From positions 1 through 56,995 of the forward strand of contig JBDSPG010000045.1 in assembly GCA_039912685.1 (NCBI GenBank): a stretch of DNA of 56,995 bases. Reading direction: 5' to 3'. The stretch is from Longimicrobiales bacterium. GTDB lineage: Bacteria; Gemmatimonadota; Gemmatimonadetes; Longimicrobiales; RSA9. A program made the translations under genes and the position numbers. The notes beneath the pieces were generated by a model, which did not search any database, was not told where the DNA came from, and saw nothing but the letters and a program-made list of their open reading frames with translations. Below, piece by piece: positions 55,076 through 56,995 of the stretch; positions within the stretch are counted from its first letter, which is position 1; each line of letters starts with the position of its first letter.

Positions 55076-55396
55076 ATGGGAGCACGGCAGCAGCGGCGCA
55101 TGGATGCGGCACAGGACCTCACCTTGGAGCTGGAGCACCTGCACCACTCGCTGGACGAGATGGTCGATCGTTACCGCGTCCGGATCGGCGCCCAACTGGT
55201 CGACCTGTTGCAGCTCGTAAAGGGGGACGCCACCCTGGGCGAAAAGCCGAAGCCTGTGGGCGCCAAGTCGACTCGCCGAATGCTCGATGCGATCCGCAGC
55301 GCCGAGCTAAAGCCGAAGAAGGGTCGCGCGAAGGATTTCACGCGCCTCCAGGACCTGGTGGGCGAACTCACGGAAGTATTTCCAAGGGAGGAATGA
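55076..55396 (+). CDS. Hypothetical protein (106 aa by the conservative start; alternative 170-aa form with a Lys/Pro/Ala-rich N-terminus from ATG 54884)
   Basis: GGTGAGG 5 nt upstream of ATG 55076, which lies 8 nt after the stop of the upstream gene. Predicted helical (DLTLELEHLHHSLDEMVDRYRVRIGAQLVDLLQLV). No family recognised. Confidence 0.5.
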   Translation: MGARQQRRMDAAQDLTLELEHLHHSLDEMVDRYRVRIGAQLVDLLQLVKGDATLGEKPKPVGAKSTRRMLDAIRSAELKPKKGRAKDFTRLQDLVGELTEVFPREE

Positions 55397-55411
55397 ACGG
55401 GAGTGGTCCGA

Positions 55412-56131
55412 ATGAGCACTGGCTCGAAGTCCCCCGTTCGCGTCCTGGTTGTTGAGGACGAGAGAGATATCGCGGCTTTGGTCGCCTATCACCTGACCAA
55501 GGAAGGCTACAGGGTCCGAACTGCCGAGAGCGGACAGGAAGCTCTCGAGGTTCTGGCGGCAGACCGACCCGACCTTGTCATCCTCGATCTGATGCTCCCC
55601 GGTTTTTCCGGTTACGAAGTGCTCGCGGAAATGCGACGCAGCACCCATGCAGCGGAGTTGCCCGTTGTCGTGTTGTCGGCGCGGCGTGACGAAGCAGATC
55701 GTGTAAAGGGTTTGGAGCTGGGGGCCGACGACTACATTACCAAACCGTTCAGCCCGCGAGAGCTGGTGCTGCGTGTCGGTGCAGTGTTGCGCCGTGCGCA
55801 GGCGCCGGCGGTTGCAGGTGCGTCCCGGGTCATCACGAGCGGACCGGTCGCGGTGGATCTGAACGCGATGAACGTCACACTCGACGGCCTGTTTCTGGAG
55901 CTCACGCCGACGGAATACAAGCTGCTCGTGACATTGATGGAGCGTCGAGGCCGCGTGCAGTCACGGAAGCAGCTGCTCGAGACAGCGTGGGATATCAACG
56001 CGCAGATCGAGACGCGCACAGTGGATATGCATGTGCAGCGGTTGCGCGCGAAGCTGGACCCGCATGGCGATATGATCGAAACCGTGCGCGGCTTCGGCTA
56101 TCGCTTCAAACCCCCGGAAGCTGAGAGATGA
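55412..56131 (+). CDS. OmpR/PhoB-family response regulator
   Basis: GGGAG upstream of ATG 55412. VRVLVVEDERDI...DLVILDLMLPG receiver. wHTH LTPTEYKLLVTLM...TVDMHVQRLRAKL...IETVRGFGYRF. Confidence 0.88.
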   Translation: MSTGSKSPVRVLVVEDERDIAALVAYHLTKEGYRVRTAESGQEALEVLAADRPDLVILDLMLPGFSGYEVLAEMRRSTHAAELPVVVLSARRDEADRVKGLELGADDYITKPFSPRELVLRVGAVLRRAQAPAVAGASRVITSGPVAVDLNAMNVTLDGLFLELTPTEYKLLVTLMERRGRVQSRKQLLETAWDINAQIETRTVDMHVQRLRAKLDPHGDMIETVRGFGYRFKPPEAER

Positions 56132-56995
56132 GGCAGTACCGAACACCTGTCATACTCGCCTTCCTGGCAGCTGCCGGTTGCGTACTGATCACGATCGCCG
56201 CACGACAACTCGCCCTCCAACACCTGACGGACGGCGCAGGCCTTACGCCGGGCCAGCTCGCTGATGCGCAGCGTTACCTGCGCTATCAGTTTCGCGCACT
56301 TGGCATTCTATCGGGCACTTCGGCATTCCCGTTCGGCTGGCTGCTGGGTCGATTCCTGGGCAAGCCGCTCGACGCCCTCCGGGCCGATCTCGTAGCGGGC
56401 AGAATCGCAGGAGGGGAGACCGTGAACGTGACACCGATGTGGAGCCTCGAGGCGAATCAGTTGCGGCACGCGGCGCACCGCTTCGAGGCCGGGCTCATCC
56501 GCCGCCTCGATCTGCTCGAGCGCGGGTCCGCAGATCGGACCCGCCTGTTGAACACCGTTTCCGAAGGACTGCTGCAGCTGGATGCCGACAGCCGGATCGT
56601 GCAGGCGAATCCGGCCGCAACGAAGCTTCTCGGTCTGCCGGAAGTCGTGGGAGGCAAGGCGCTCGTGTCGCTCGTCCGCAATGTCGAACTGCGCGAGATT
56701 ATCATGAACGCAGCGGCGGGCATTCCGATCGATGGCGCTGAGGTCACCCTGGAGGAACGGCGCCTGTTGATCAGCGCGACGCCGATCCCATCCGCCGATG
56801 GCGATTCACGCCTCACATCCGTCCTCTCGATCGCCGACCTGACACAACTGCGTCGCCTCGAAGGCGTGCGTCGAGACTTCGTCGCCAACGTCAGTCATGA
56901 GCTGAAAACGCCGCTCACTTCCATCCATGGGTACGCGGAAACATTGCGCGCTGACGATGACCTGCCCGTGGAAATGCGACATCAATTCCTGGACG
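56128..56995 (+). CDS. PhoR-like sensor histidine kinase (N-terminal 289 codons; continues beyond window)
   Basis: Absent from the ORF track because it runs off the edge. ATG 56128 (ATGA overlap with the regulator stop). TM MRQYRTPVILAFLAAAGCVLITIAA, PAS-like LLNTVSEGLLQLDADSRIVQANPAATKLLGL, H-box RRDFVANVSHELKTPLTSIHGYAETL. Confidence 0.85.
   Translation, partial: MRQYRTPVILAFLAAAGCVLITIAARQLALQHLTDGAGLTPGQLADAQRYLRYQFRALGILSGTSAFPFGWLLGRFLGKPLDALRADLVAGRIAGGETVNVTPMWSLEANQLRHAAHRFEAGLIRRLDLLERGSADRTRLLNTVSEGLLQLDADSRIVQANPAATKLLGLPEVVGGKALVSLVRNVELREIIMNAAAGIPIDGAEVTLEERRLLISATPIPSADGDSRLTSVLSIADLTQLRRLEGVRRDFVANVSHELKTPLTSIHGYAETLRADDDLPVEMRHQFLD

Noticed and set aside
1-56995. Mobile elements, prophage, CRISPR arrays, tRNA/rRNA genes, toxin-antitoxin or known defence systems
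   Set aside because: I looked at both strands. No integrase, transposase, phage or Cas-like translations appear in the ORF track. No spaced direct-repeat array is present. No intergenic region is long enough with a cloverleaf-like sequence. Lon, the NUDIX genes, the macro-like and EVE genes all sit in housekeeping-type operons rather than defence-island contexts.

Overview
High-GC (by eye, roughly mid-60s %), very gene-dense chromosomal segment from a diderm bacterium. It carries Mla/MCE lipid-transport genes, a TonB-dependent receptor, a class A PBP and futalosine-pathway mqnA. The gene content would fit a Gemmatimonadota-like organism, but taxonomy cannot be proven from this window. I call 64 protein-coding genes, almost all housekeeping: rho (partial, 5' edge), two MCE/Mla loci, lysC-asd, two flavoprotein reductases (FNR-type and trxB), PBP1A, fumC, a PTPS-folE-SDR-queD pterin/queuosine operon, a fadD-like ligase, lon and mgtE. 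There is also an 8-gene translationally coupled operon (TPR, macro-like, transglutaminase-like, ABC exporter, CysQ-like, thioesterase) and a ppx / 2x thymidylate-kinase-like / phoB-phoR operon (phoR partial at the 3' edge). I saw no rRNA, tRNA, CRISPR array, transposase, integrase, prophage or recognisable defence-system genes. Five things stand out. (i) A ~200-nt strongly structured non-coding RNA candidate at 24476-24675, bounded by a promoter and a terminator, with a 6S-RNA-like closing-stem / central-bubble / terminal-stem layout. (ii) A 4-nt-spaced pair of uncharacterised paralogous genes at 10933-12292. (iii) A six-gene operon linking exopolyphosphatase, one intact and one Walker-A-degenerate thymidylate-kinase-like paralog, a small unknown protein and PhoB/PhoR. 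(iv) Five tandem 15-nt A-rich repeats (54946-55020) that stay open and lysine-rich in two reading frames. (v) A 410-bp AT-richer non-coding region with a sigma-54-like promoter and leader hairpins. All product calls rest on motif recognition by eye in the supplied translations; no database search or folding program was available. The ORF track uses ATG, GTG and TTG as 'M', so several starts were re-chosen from the nucleotide sequence and remain provisional.
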